In this document: positions 15,456 to 29,155 of the stretch, in pieces | How positions within the stretch are numbered: the first letter of the stretch is position 1 | Layout: every line of letters begins with the position of its first letter | From: Eledone cirrhosa | Lineage: Eukaryota | NCBI GenBank assembly: GCA_964016885.1 | Contig: OZ024750.1 | Coordinates: forward strand, 50,220,001 to 50,284,000 | DNA: 64,000 nt | Direction: 5' to 3' | Notes under the pieces: generated by a model | Databases searched by the model: none | Seen by the model: the letters and a program-made list of their open reading frames with translations, nothing else | Told to the model about the DNA's origin: nothing | Made by a program: the position numbers and the translations under genes

Positions 15456-15645
15456 GGCGGTGGATTGGCAGTATCGGTAGAGGGTCGGACGCCATGCTTT
15501 CCAGCATAGTTACGTCCCTTTACGATCTGAGTTCAAATCCCGCCGAGGTTGACTTTGCCTTTCATCCTTACGGGGGCGATAAAATAAAGTACCAGTAATG
15601 AACTGGGTAATTGCTGGCCTTGTGCCTAAAGTAGAAACAAATATT
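15456..15645 (+). mobile_element. Deu/Nin-domain SINE, full length
   Basis: GGCGGTGGATTGGCAGTATCGGTAGA..GAGTTCAAATCC..GCCTTTCATCC..TAGAAACAA. TSD ATATTATAATATAAT. Confidence 0.92.
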
Positions 15646-17520
15646 ATAATATAATTATGTTAAATTTCTAAAATTCAAATTTTATGAAGACAAATTTAAA
15701 GGATTTACAAAACCCGCGAAAGAAAGAAAATATAAATGTAATGTTCGATATCCCCACAAAGGTAATCTTTACCAAAAATTACTTATAATATTGACAACAA
15801 TTTCTATAGTATAATTTATGAGATATTTACAGTTATAACTATTAAGGAATTTATTGTTAAATAGTTAGAGTGCCTAAAGTATTAACAGGTCTTATAATTA
15901 AACTTAAAGGGGTCAGAGTTTTCAGCCATACATATATGTGTGCATTGATCATAATATACCAGGACTATAATTTATTATTTGTTCATATATTGTATTAAGT
16001 AAAGTATTATATAAGTTCTACCTTCCAGGGAAAACCAAACATTTATAATAATGTCATTTGAGTGTTTAAATTATTTATATAAATGTAACTACGATTATGT
16101 TATTACCCTAGATAAAAATGTTTGTACAAACTATATATAGATATACTAGGTATTAATGAAACGGTATACATTTAATTAAAAAAATAACGATTATAATCAT
16201 GGTTAGTAGTTTTACCTCCAGTTCAGTGGAGAAATAAACCAATATTTGTCAGCTATTATTGCTTGTTAACTATACATAAAAAGGCAAAAAAAAAAGCAAA
16301 CCGCCAATCCAACTTTCTGAGTCCCCAATAACCCTCTCAAAATGAGTAATATATATATATATATGTATAATATGTAAACGCATGAATGATCCATAGTTCA
16401 AATTAAAATCAGTACATTTACAGGTTAGATATCTAAATTATATATTTAAAACAAAGACAGAAAAATAAAGATCTGAATGAAAGTCAAAAATATCCAAAAT
16501 CTCTAGGGCATGCATATCTATCAAGTAAACAAGTTTTCAAAACAGTGTCATTCATTCAGACATTAATTCCATTATATATGATTAGAAGATAAAGCAATTA
16601 TTAAAGTTTTATAAGCCGTTATGACTTATATGTTCAACAGTTGATGATAGACGTCGAAAATCAGACTTGATTGCTTCCTGTTTTTTTCATGACTTTTTGT
16701 GAGGCTTGGAATGTAGATAAAGCTTTATGAAGGCAGTTTGAGAATAATTCACTTTTTTTGTTAAATAAGTTTTCATAATTATTAATTGTTAATAGAGTCT
16801 CCTTTGTACAGAGGCTGCATTTAATTGATATACTAGAGTTGACATAAACTCCACTATTACAAAACTTCGTCCAAAATATCGAGTATTTTAAATGTTTGTC
16901 TTTTGATGACCATATATGCTGTGATAAAGAAGTCGAATATTTCCTATTAGAATTCGAGAATGAGCATTTATGATTCACAAATCTTGCCTTAAATGTAGAA
17001 GAAGTTGCTCCTATGTGTTGTATGTGTTGTTATTTGTTTTTACTGTGCATTTATACATCAAATTTCTGTCCAAACAATTATTTTGCAGAGAGCAATCTGG
17101 TTTATTTCTACAATTACATTTTGATTTATTATTATTTATATTAACACTATTATTAATATCATTATGTTGATTTTGATTTTAAATCTTACTGTTTATTTTA
17201 GTGATGTTTTGGGCCATATTCATAGTTGTAGAATAAGATAATTTAGTGTATCTATTAAAAATGGAATGATATTTATGTTGACTAGGGAATGAGCTATCCA
17301 AAGCTTTAAATAATAGATTACCAATTGGTGTTCTTACTGAAGGGGGATGGGGCATACCATATAACTGATTTAGTTCTGGTTCTTTTCCCCGATTTATTCA
17401 CAGTATAGGTGTTTGAATTATAATTACTAGAATTTATAGAATTTCGTTTATATGTGCCATTATTTTTATCAGGATTAGAACTTGGACTATTATTGTTTAC
17501 ATATTCTACATTATTTTTAT

Positions 17521-17700
17521 TGGCAGTATCGGTAGAGGGTCGGACGCCATGCTTTCCAACATAGTTACGTCCCTTTACTATCTGAGTTCAAATCCCGCCG
17601 AGGTTGACTTTGCCTTTCATCCTTACGGGGTCGATAAAATAAAGTACCAGTAATGCACTGGGTAATTGCTGGCCTTGTGCCTAAAGTAGAAACAATTATT
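17521..17700 (+). mobile_element. Deu/Nin-domain SINE nested in the Penelope-like element
   Basis: Consensus-like SINE, slightly 5'-truncated. TSD ATTATTTTTAT. Confidence 0.92.
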
Positions 17701-18914
17701 TTTATAACCTGCCTTTTTTAGCGCATCATTGTAATATGATACATTTTCATCAAATATTGCTTTATTGGCAGATATTCAATAAATGCGTTTTTGCACTCTA
17801 TTTACAATTGCTTTTTTCACAGACTTAGGGTGATTGGAGTAATAACTAACATAATTTATGTTTTCATTGGGCTTATGGAAAGGGTAATAAAAACGAGTCT
17901 TTAAGTTAAACGTAACATCAAGGAAATTAACTATTTTGGTACCACTTTCTACTTCTAGTTTAAGGTCGTAAAGTTTAAAGAATTCAATTATATTTTTCTT
18001 TACTCTATTTAGTTCAATATTGTTGTGTTTGACAACCGTAAATAAATGATCGTCCCTATATAAACCACCGGTAATCTCCGGCAGTTTTCTATTTATCATA
18101 TTTAAGATGAATATCCCCAGAAGATCTGTGATTTGCGCTGAATTAGATGACCCCATGGTAATGTTAAAGTTTCTATTTCTATTTGAGCGGGTCCAATATT
18201 CATTGTCGAAGTTAATAAAAGTTCTTCTAGCAGTTAATATGATATCAATTTCATACGTAGTTAGATCAGTATGCTTGTAAGCCTATGATAGAGCCTTATT
18301 TAGTAGGTTGGGCGTTATGGAAGAATAATAGCTTGTTATGTCCATCTGGATGAATCTACGGTTTATATTATCATCTATATTCTTATACCATTCAATGACT
18401 TCGTTTGTATCCTTCTACAAGCTCAATTTAGACCTCAATTTCAGAGTAGTAGAATTCTATCAATAATATTTTTACTAATTACTCCAATATCCGATTTGGA
18501 TGGAGCAATCTTTTAGAGTTCTAAGGTATTGGTGACCTATATATGGGTTTTTCCTAAATTTAATTTTTTTAAGTATACCGAGGATTTCGGTTTCAAAATC
18601 CTCCAGGAGTTTGTTGTATGGAGAATTCTTTGTTGATTTAAATAAAGACTCGAAATGATTGTATATATATATATTTATAAACGTTTGTATTTGTAAAGCC
18701 AAAACAATGCAGGTATGGATATAGAATATAAATGAAAATGTAAAAGATATTGTTGACAATTAGTCTTTTACCTTAAATTTATTTAAATATCCTTAATTTT
18801 CGAGATAATATCTCTTCTTCGGATAGAAGTAAAGTTGTTAAACCAGCGTTCTACCATTTCCTGTCAGCATGACTTGGCAAGCTATTTAGAACGCTGGTTT
18901 AACAACTTTACTTC

Positions 18915-18949
18915 CCTCCGAAGAAGAGATATTATCTCGAAAATTAAGG
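18915..18949 (+). ncRNA. Minimal hammerhead ribozyme (inverted copy at about 18791-18825)
   Basis: cct-CCGAAGA-a gagat att atctc-GAAA-at-TA-agg. Confidence 0.6.
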
Positions 18950-19489
18950 ATATTTAAATAAATTTAAGGTAAAAGACTAATTGTCAACAATATCTTTTAA
19001 ATTTACATTTTTATTCTATGTCCATACTTGCATTGTTTTGGTTTTACAAATAAAAACGTTTATACCTCATTACACAATACTTCAAGTGAACTATAACTTC
19101 CTCCTATATATATATATATATATATATATAACTAGTGCGTGTATGTTTATATATATATATATATATATTATTATTATTATGTAATAAACAACATAAGGCA
19201 ATTATTCCATTTACCAGTGGTTTCTTAAAAGCAAAAGGTTTTGCTTTCAATCCTCAGAATGAAAAATCCTGGTTTGTTTATTGAATATGGATTCTAAAAA
19301 CAAAAATGCAATCTATATGAAAGTGAGGCTGGAAAAGGGAGAAGGAAAGGAAAAATAAAATAAAACTACACATGCAAACACACACAAAAAAACACAAAAG
19401 CATACTTACACACACATACATATATACATATATATAAATGTACGCATACACATATACACATATATATATAAAGCGTACACATACACACC

Positions 19490-19548
<59 letters not shown>

Positions 19549-19561
19549 CTAGTGCGTGTTT

Positions 19562-19623
<62 letters not shown>

Positions 19624-19629
19624 ACAGTA

Positions 19630-21815
19630 TCAGTCCCTAGACGTTTGTAGCCGTGGGGTTGCGCTCCTACTGCTGAAGCATCACACACTCAAAATAGTCT
19701 AACCAATCTAGTGCCGTAGGGGAGAACGATGAATGGGTATTACCTGCGACTCTGAAGAAAACTCTCACAGCCCAGTGACGTAGCTACGCTGAGGCGTGTA
19801 AAGGCCGCCCCTAATTACGCTTAATCTTCGGGTGGTTGACGAAGTACCAGATTGGTGACTGGCGCAAATAAGACCATGTATTGGGAGGTGTGGGATGGAC
19901 GCACAAATATTGCCTATTCCGAGACGGTGAAGATGGTCCAGAAGAGAGCAAACTTTGACAGTTGGAACCTGAAACATCACAATCTTTCAGTCAAGGACAA
20001 GGAACTAGTGGAGGAAGATAGATGCTACCGACTAAACATAGACGAGATTTCCTCAACAAAGTTCCGATGCTCTGACGCTGTTGGTTTGGATAACGGATGG
20101 AACTCCACTATACAGATGTGACACCAGAAATTATTGCACAGGCGGGAGTTGAAATATTCACAAGCCCCCCGACTGTCTGAATAACCTTTGTACTGGATCC
20201 AGTTAGGAGCGAGAATTTGCGTCTTGAAGATTAAGCTGAAAATAAGGTCTCTGTGGGTGGTGCAAGTTTATGTACCAAACAAGGAGTCTGAATACAGGTT
20301 CTTCCTTGTCACTGAAGTCACTGCAGCGTTTGATGTAGTTAAGACCGACTCATATATCCTGATGGTAAATATCAATGCACATTTTAGCACTGACCACCTG
20401 AAATGGAAAGGAGTATTTAGAAGAAATGGCGAGCACAATATAAATAAGAATGCAGGATCCCTACTAGACGTCCGTTCAAACAATGGACTCTCTATTTTGA
20501 ACACCTTCCAGCATAGACACATCCATAAATATACATGTTATAAGAAGAATGAGGGATAGAGAACAATTATTGATTTTGTTATTGTCTCTGATCTCTTTGA
20601 TTCTGTGCTGGATGTTCTTGTTAAGAAAGGGGCTCATCTATCAACTAATTACTATCTAGTTATCTGTAGCTTTTGACTACATAAAGCGAAAGAGTCCCAC
20701 TAAACTGTTAGTTTCAGGGTGACCTACAGGATAAAGGAGAAATCATTGGTGGATTAGGAAGTCAGGACAAGTTATGAAGATACTATTGCATCCAAATTCA
20801 AAGAACTCTCTGAGCAAACTGAGGATGTTGAGACAGAGTGGAGATTGTTCAGCGCTGCACCTTCTGCTTCAGCTATTAAGTCCTGGGGGCGAAAGAAGCT
20901 TGGTGTGGCGCCGAATGTTAGGAGAACTCCGTGGTTAAATCAAGATATCAAAGATAACATCTGAGCAAAGGAAGAGGCCTACGAAATTTGGCTTTGAAAA
21001 TAAGTCCTCCTTATTGCTCTTGCAGTACAAAGGAGACTGTAAAAGCTTCAAACATTAAAATATAAGAGGAATTTGGTTTTAAGCTGGAATCCAAGTTCAG
21101 ATCAGCAAACAAATTGATCTGGCAGATTATCTGCCGACTTCATAAACAGAAGCCCTCCTCCATACCTGCTATCAGGAACTTGTCTGAGGTTTTTTCTCTC
21201 TCCAGAGTGGTGCATCCTCCCGAGGTGGAGAGAATAAATTGCTGATCTCCTAAACATGATCACAACAGTATCTCAGTGTGTACAAGAGGTGCAGTGACTA
21301 ATCTCCCCAAAGGCTGTGGTCACTAGAGCAGTTAAAGAGCTCCAATGTGACAAAGCCACAGGGGAAGATGAAATCCGGCTCGAGATGTTAAAAGACTTAA
21401 ATAGAGAAGGTATTCTATGGCTGACTCGTGTGTGCTAGGTGGCCTGTATCTCTGGAATGGCACCTAAGCAATGGCAATCGGAGGTGATCATCTCAATTTT
21501 CAAAAAGGGAGACAAGAGAGAGTGTTCCTATTACTGAAGGAGCTCCTTGTTAAGCCTGCCCGGTAAAGTCTATGCTAAGTGTTTGGCAAAGATATGCTGG
21601 GAGATTGTCAATTCCAAGTTAGCTGATGAAAAGTATGCTTTTCGACGCAGGACAGACGACCAAATGTTTACACAGCAGCAGGTATTCGATAAATCTTTGC
21701 TATACTGCCAAGAAGTATATACTTGTTTTGTCGATCTTCAGAAGGCATATGACACGTTTCTCGGGACCAGGTTTGGAGAGCTGTGCGGGAACACGGGATT
21801 GATGGTCAGTTTGAA
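19630..21815 (+). mobile_element. Degraded RTE-clade LINE (APE endonuclease + N-terminal RT; Expander/Rex3-like), 3'-truncated
   Basis: VVQVYVPN, NINAH, LSILNTFQHRHIHKYT, IIDFVIVS, KATGEDEI, LLSLPGKVYAK and FVDLQKAYD, with many stops and frameshifts. Confidence 0.88.
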
Positions 21816-22379
21816 ATACCGTGGCCTACATAGGTGTTTCGTGTAAAATGTCCACTATTTTGCTCATGCTACCTTCATCGGGGTCCTGCAGTTAGTTATG
21901 GGAATAGCCCTTCCGAATGTAAAATGGAATATGAGTGTATATATATTTGGCCTGAAACCTCATGGCTTTACTATTACTGTTCGGTCTAACATCGCAGGAT
22001 CCTGATACCTATTTATGGTAGCGTGTTGTGCCTTTTTGTGACGATCTTTTACACGTTGCTACAAAACATTCAGCTGGTGAAATAAACAGTACTTCCCGTG
22101 AGAGCTATCATCGTTATCGTGTCTATAGTATGCATAATTTTAATACACAAACACCTTTGCCTGCTTGATATCCTTGTAAACCTATGTTATTTTATGTGAT
22201 ACCTTTGCCATGCAGTAATTATATATGCCTTGTACCATTGCTTGTTTCCTACATAACTGTCCTGTATATGCCTAACGCAGTTGCACTTTCTATACTGCTT
22301 TATTTATTATACGATTCTCTTGTAATCTCTGTCACATACATTCCACTCTGTGCCTCTTTAATTATTATACAATTCTCTT

Positions 22380-22652
22380 GTAATCTCTGTCACATCTATT
22401 CCACTCTGTAAATACGAAGCTGTTGATGACAACATTAATATCCATGTATCTATATGATTGTTCATATGTCCAAACTTTGCTAGTCCTCCGAGGAAAGCAA
22501 ACGAACGTTTGGAAGAAACGATTGTCAGCAATAAAATGAGTTGAACATACTTTTGATTATTGTGTAATTTATACTCCTGCTCTGTAAATCATCTGATGTA
22601 TCTACATTGAGCTATTTTCTTACTGGTAATAAGGTAGTAATAAATTACTGAC
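22380..22652 (+). repeat. Solo diverged pLTR related to the intact Penelope-like element, with HHR-like motif
   Basis: CTGCTCTGTAAATCATCTGATGT..CATTGAGCTA..CTTACTGGTAATAAGGTAGTAATA matches 35330-35396. Motif CCGAGGA..caaacg aa cgtttg..GAAAC gatt GTC. Confidence 0.75.
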
Positions 22653-23267
22653 CTTTCCTGTTTATAGTTGTATATAGTGTGTATATAACTATAAATAATA
22701 TTATTATTATATGTATCTATCTATCTATCTATATATATATCTCTATATATATAATCATAGCATATATTATATTTATATATGTGTGAATATGGGTGGGTGT
22801 GGACGTGGATCTTAAATAAATATTACTTCGTTGATTTCTACATTTAAGACATGAAGAAGCTAGCCAAATACAACGAAAAACATCATGTTATCAACGACCA
22901 CTTTCTAACATATTGAGATACAATTACATATATATTATTATTAGGAACTCTTAAGTAGGATGAAGTCGAATAATCAGTCAACTCCCCTTGCTATCATCAA
23001 TGAATGCGTTGACTTATGGTCAATATTAGACAAAGACCACTCTGATAAATATATAAATATTTATCTATTAGCTATATTACAGAAACCTATATTTAGATAT
23101 AAAAATACACACAATATCGGACTGGAGAGCGGAAAGTATTTTTATTGTGCACTAGAATGCACGAATTCCCTCATGATTTGGTAAAGCAATGTTTTTTTTT
23201 TTTATTTCTCTATTAAAATGTCTTTTATTTATTCGTTTCTTCCTCTACTTCAGCGTATTTACATCCA

Positions 23268-23366
<99 letters not shown>

Positions 23367-23475
23367 GCATATATGTTATAGAATGCCGTTAACTTCTTGC
23401 TAAAACAATCTCTATACCTCTCATTTATATATATATAGATATAGATATATAGATATAGATATATTTACATCCACA

Positions 23476-23574
<99 letters not shown>

Positions 23575-23935
23575 CTATCTATCTATGTATTCCTATTTTG
23601 CTCGGCCTTCGTCACGCTCTCTATCTTTCTCTCTGTCTCTCTGTCTGCCTGTCTCTCTCTCTCTCCCTCTCTCTCCATCTCTCTCCCTTTCTGTCTGTGT
23701 CTGTCTTGCTCTCCCTCTCTCAACATATGTAGGTATGTATACATTTGTATATGTCTGTTTCTCTGTGACCATGTGAGTCTTTGTATATGTGTTGGTGCAG
23801 GAAGGTTTGTGTATTCGTGTGGGTCTGCATGAATGTATGGTGTGTGTATGGTGTGTGTGTGTCTTTGTGTGTCTGTGTGTCAATAGGGAACAGTTCGTCT
23901 TCCAACATATTATATTAAAGACACGGTGTTCATTT

Positions 23936-24128
23936 TCGGTGACTTGGCAGTATCTGTAGAGGGTTGGATTATGCTTTCCAGCATAGTTACGTCCCTTTAC
24001 GATCTGAGTTCAATTCCCGCCCCGCCGAGGTTAACTTTGCCTTTCATCCTTACGGGGTCGATAAAACAAAGTACCATTAATGTACTGGGATAATTGCTGG
24101 CTTTGTGCCAACAAGTAGAAACAATTAT
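23936..24128 (+). mobile_element. Deu/Nin-domain SINE (followed by a 5' fragment at 24151-24187)
   Basis: Consensus-like SINE body. Confidence 0.88.
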
Positions 24129-24189
24129 TATATCTAATAAACAAATCATTATTGGCAGAATCGGTAGAGGGTCAGACGCCATGCTTTAC

Positions 24190-25530
24190 ACACATATACA
24201 CATATTACATTTCCTTCAAACGTGTTGCTCATTTTCTTTCCTAACAAACTTTCCTGAGTTCTAATGATATATTTGTAAAAAGATACTTATACATTTATTC
24301 CTTAATGTCATTTCTATATATGCTGCACACTTTATGGAACTATTTTCTAGAAATAAACTTTTAAAGCATTTTTAAAAAGTTTAATCACTTTCTCGTGCCA
24401 GTACCCGATATAAACTACAGGGTTTGTCTCATCCAAACCATGAATCTAATAAAATCCAAATTTCCCAGTTGATAGTTGATATACCTGCTAATCTTTGGAC
24501 TCACACCCATTCTGAACATCACACATTTAATGTAATTGTCGTCAGAGTTACGGCTCTTTATAGTTTGAGTTCAAATCCTGCCGAGGTTGACTTTGCCTTT
24601 CATCCTTACGGGGTCGATAAAATAAAGTACCAGTAATGTACTGGGTAATTGCTGGCCCTGTGCCTAAAATAGAAAGAATTATTAAAGGTTTTCATATTCC
24701 GTTATTTATCCTGTGTGTGTTTTTCAGTAGTAGCTCTCCTCAAGCTATAAATCTATTAATATTTCGAGACCTTCACAGCCTTCTCCGAAGAATAACAACT
24801 GTTTGAGTTAATAGCATGCTCTTCGGATCAATTTCATAGATGTGGTCAATGAAATACACAAGGCCAAGAATTTTGGAAGAGAGAGAAAGTGGATTAAATT
24901 GAAAGCAGTGTATTACTGGTACTTTATTTTATCGTCCCCGTAATGATGAAAGGCAGAGCTAACAACGGCTGGATGTGAACTCAGTACGTAAAGGGCCGTA
25001 ACTATATGCCGCAAAACATTTTATGCAACCAATAATTGTTTCTACTTTTGGCCAGCAATTATCTCAGTGTATTACTGGTACTTTATTTTATCGACCACGT
25101 AAGGATGAAAGGCAAAGTCAACCTCGGCAGGATTTGAACTCAAAACATAAAGAGCCGTAACTCTGACGACAATTACATTAAATGTTCGATATCCAGAATG
25201 GGTGTGAGTCCAAAGATTAGCAGGTATATCAACTATCAACTGGGAAATTTGTATTTTATTAGATTCATGATTTGGATGAGACAAACCCTGTAGTTTATAT
25301 CGGGTACTGACACGCGAAAGTGATTAAACTTTTTTTTAATGCTTTAAAAGTTTATTTCTAGAAAATAGTTCCATAAAATGTGCAGCATATATAGAAATGA
25401 CATTAAGGAATAAATGTATAAGTATCTTTTTTACAAATATATCATTAGAACTCAAGAAAGTTTGTTAGGAAAGAACATTTCTTGATGGAGCAACACGTTT
25501 GAAGGAAATGTAATGTGTGTATAAGTGTGT
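24190..25530. repeat. Inverted repeat with arms of about 460-490 bp, each containing a truncated SINE (24545-24682 +, 25031-25162 -); another SINE (24856-25025 -) lies in the spacer
   Basis: ORFs 24424..24636(+) and 25072..25284(-) give nearly identical translations. Confidence 0.9.
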
Positions 25531-25640
25531 GCTTGTCTGTATGAGTGTTTAATTTTAAAGAGTTACAGACAGGTGTGTATGTATATACTCAAACACACGC
25601 ACGCATTCACGCATGCATATACATATATATATATATATAT

Positions 25641-25826
25641 GAACAAGTAAGACCCCGACGGCTGAGCTCAAGCCGTTTCGACGGCTAATTCTGGACTAAG
25701 AATTAGCCGTCGAAACGGCTTGAGCTCAGCCGTCGGGGTCTTGTTCCTATTACCCACTCTACTACCCTAAGTATTGAGTACTTTGGTGCGTTATGGTCCA
25801 CCTGGTTCCTTACCACATTTCCTTCG

Positions 25827-25829
<3 letters not shown>
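25641..25829. repeat. Palindromic HHR fragment (axis 25695/25696) with short left and long right end
   Basis: GACCCCGACGGCTGAGCTCAAGCCGTTTCGACGGCTAATTCT ggacta AGAATTAGCCGTCGAAACGGCTTGAGCTCAGCCGTCGGGGTC. Confidence 0.85.
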
Positions 25830-25865
<36 letters not shown>

Positions 25866-26836
25866 CACACAAACAAAAACACATGACCTATTATTGTGGT
25901 TGATTGATATAGCTTGTACTTATGTTCAAATTTGCTTCCTTGACAATTTTCTCAATTGCTTTATTTTCATTTGCTCTATTCACTGCTTTTATCGAGTTGT
26001 GCTATTTTCAGTAAGAATGCTCACTCTTCAGTTCAACAACGTTACTCCAATGTAAGGTTGTTTTTCTGTCCTATAGTGTTATGTTTTCTAAGGAATTTGT
26101 ACCGATAAATGATCATAGTAATGCTGCTGCTGATGATGATGATGTTTTATATTTACGAATGGTGAGCTGTTTTATTTATTTCATATATTTATTTTACTGT
26201 AAAGATACGTGCCTTGGTGGTTATATAGTATTGGACTTCTGATATTGTTGGTTCTGTATTTAGACAAGCTGAAGTCATGTTATATTTTTTCTAGCAAAAA
26301 AAAAACAAAGCATCCAGCAGTAGCTAGGATTCGTCTACTCCAAGGGAGTACAAGATTTCCTATACTATCAGTCGCCTCAAGTCATTGAAACCTGGAGCGG
26401 CATCGGCCTGTTGATCTCCGTTTTTAGGTCAGGTTTTAGCGCTTTTTTTTAATGCAGTTTACTAATGATACCAACTTTTTGCGATTTTGTTATTTTTTAT
26501 ATAAAAGTCTCGTAAAGTTTCCGAGAGCCTGTGCCACTTATATATTAAATATATCTTCTTACATACAAAATGCATTTTCCATCAATTCTTGCTCAGCATC
26601 AGTAGATAGTTTCTCAAGTTTATGTAAGTATTACATTCCGAATAGAGAAATATAACTGAACTTCGTATAACCTATACAATGTCATTTTAAATCTATTTCT
26701 GTCAAATACTTCAACGTTTGTGAATCTTTCAAGCCTAAGTATGATACTATACGAAATCTTTCATTTCATTTGACTGAGATATAAAGTTACAATAATAAAT
26801 ATACACACTTTCTGTCATACTCTCTCAAACTCATTC

Positions 26837-26951
<115 letters not shown>

Positions 26952-27116
26952 GGGGGTGGGGTCTGTGTGTGTGTATAACGTATATAGCCGCATATAAGGA
27001 CGCACACTGATATCGTGAGAGAACTTTAAGTAAAAAGAAAATAATTTTGCTTTTAAGAAATGGCATATGGATGAACATCGTGCAGGTTATTTAAGGACCC
27101 GAAGTTTAGAAATATG

Positions 27117-27164
<48 letters not shown>

Positions 27165-27174
27165 CGTATATATA

Positions 27175-28305
27175 TGCAGTTCTCTGGCTACAATCAGAGA
27201 GATAAAATCAGAGTGTATAGAGGAGCCAGAACCAAATGGGAAAAAATGGTAAATAATGACATAAATGGGACCTGCCCCTTGTATAGGAGCAAATTTTGGA
27301 ATAGAATAGAAAGAACTAGGAACAAGGCTAATAGAATAAACTCATGGTATGATAGCAATAAATACCAGAGTGTAATGTTCATCGATACAATCCCTAGAGG
27401 TGAATTAGCTTACAAATTTAGAAGCTAAATATAACTAAACATAAACTCAATATTAAGATAGTAGAAAGACCAGGTATCTCCGTAAAAACACTTATTAGCA
27501 AGACATACCCTTTTCAAAGACCCTCATGTATAGATAAGAAATGTATAACCTGTAAAATAAGCCCCCATATTAACTGTAAAACTAGAAATGTAGTGTATAG
27601 CATAAGATGTACTGAAGGACAATGTAGAGACAAAAATATAGTGTACATAGGTGAGACAGCTCGTAGTGTAGGGGAACGGATAAATGAACACTGGCGAGAC
27701 CTTCAAGATAATAAAGAATCATCTGTACTCTACCAATATGCTAAGATAGAACACAGGGGTAGATTAGAGAACATAGAAATAAAAATAGAATCTACACACA
27801 GAAAAGACGCAATGTTTAGACAAATTACAGAGGCAATAAACATAAAAGAATTACAACCAAACTTAAATAGAAAATATGAGTGGAACAGCAACATCACAAC
27901 TTACAATTAAGGACAAAATGAAAACACACACACACATAGAACAAACAACCAACCAGTAACATGTAAATAAACAAATAAATAAATGAACATAAACACACAC
28001 AGACACCCGGATGTGGCGTATGCGCAGACTGAGCACACAACACACACACAGAAACAAAATGGCGTAGGACAGAACAAAGGAGAGGCACAGAAACAAAGAA
28101 AGGAATGCCCAGTCACTGAAGAGGTCACATAGTGTGTGACGAAAGAACTATGACTATATATAAACAACTATCTGGTTGTGGAACCAACCAATCAACCAGA
28201 AATTTATAAGTTTGTAGATTTATTATAAATTTATTATAATAAATTGAAGCGAAAGCAACTGGTGCGTGTGTTTCTTATTGGCAACATGACCCTCCCAAAG
28301 TATAA
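27175..28305 (+). mobile_element. 3' fragment of a Penelope-like element (Cys-rich linker + GIY-YIG, 3' UTR, HHR)
   Basis: CIDKKCITC..NCKTRNVVYSIRC..C..YIGETARSVGERINEH..EAINI..PNLN (ORF 27593..27910). Confidence 0.88.
28111..28155 (+). ncRNA. Minimal type I hammerhead ribozyme
   Basis: agtca-CTGAAGA-g gtcaca tagtg tgtgac-GAAA-g aa c-TA-tgact. 5-bp stem I and 6-bp stem II. Confidence 0.85.
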
Positions 28306-28332
28306 CAATATATATATATATATATATATATA

Positions 28333-28461
28333 CATGACGGTCAACTGAAAAGTTCATATGCTAACTTGATTGACCGAATGTATATATATATATATATATA
28401 TAAATATATATATCATTCGGTCAATCCAGTCAGCATACGAACTTTTCAATTGACCCTCATG
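28333..28461. mobile_element. Tc1/mariner-like MITE (TIRs of about 48 bp, TA flanks); third TIR copy at 28496-28543
   Basis: TA-CATGAsGGTCAACTGAAAAGTTC.. and its reverse complement flank a short (TA)n. Resembles mariner TACGAGGG..AAAAGT ends. Confidence 0.6.
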
Positions 28462-28965
28462 TATGTGTATATATATATATATGTGTATATATATACATGA
28501 GGGTCAACTGAAAAGTTCATATGCTGATTGGAATGAGCGAATGAGGTTTACTTTTCAATACAGGTCTTGGAAAGAAACAATGCTGTTATTAATAATAGTT
28601 GAAATTAATGCATGCAAGAATCCCCCATTCCAGCTGCAATCCATTTCAGTCGAACCTCGTATATTAGTTACGGCTCTAGTTAAATAATATTACACGTCCT
28701 TAGGATTATTATTTTATAAATATTTGGAAGCGGAAATTGCAGTGTTTCATTCAATGGATGACTTTATACATTAACAGCCATCTAATATAAAAGCACTGAA
28801 GTAATTCAATGTAATCTCCCGCCGCAATTACTCGACAACTGACTATTTTAAGATGACTGACTCCACTATTACTACCCAGATGTCTTTTTCTCCCCTTTAT
28901 AAACCTAGCATCCTGGTATTTGGGTATTGTCAATCTCGTCTTGCATTTACCTAATACATTAAATA

Positions 28966-29155
28966 AGTATTTCTCCTTTTGGCACAAGGCCGACAATTAT
29001 GTCAGTGCATTACTGGTACTTTATTTTATCAACCCCGTAAGGATGAAAGACATAGTTAACCTCGGCGGGATTTGAACTCAGACCATAAAGGGCCGTAACT
29101 CTTTGCTACAAAGCATGGCATCCGACCCTCTACCGAGACTGCCAAGCCACCGCCC
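28966..29155 (-). mobile_element. Deu/Nin-domain SINE with TSD
   Basis: Flanked by ACCTAATACATTAAATAA on both sides (28949 and 29166). Confidence 0.9.

Larger units (their letters stand above)
16690..19062 (-). mobile_element. Degraded Penelope-like element with inverted 5' pLTR, interrupted by a SINE
   Basis: MGSSNSAQITDLLG..GGLYRDD..VNFLDVTF (17776-18156), CNC..CSL..CL (about 17090) and CSLCTKE..NKKSE..CLH (16661-16978). Inverted repeat about 18675-18853 / 18877-19062. Confidence 0.9.

Noticed and set aside
15456-15545. tRNA genes at A/B-box motifs
   Set aside because: All are SINE heads that continue into SINE bodies, and none forms a full cloverleaf.
21820-21885. Hammerhead-like motif on the minus strand (CCGATGA..GAAAC acctat GTA)
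   Set aside because: No convincing stem II and a weak stem I.
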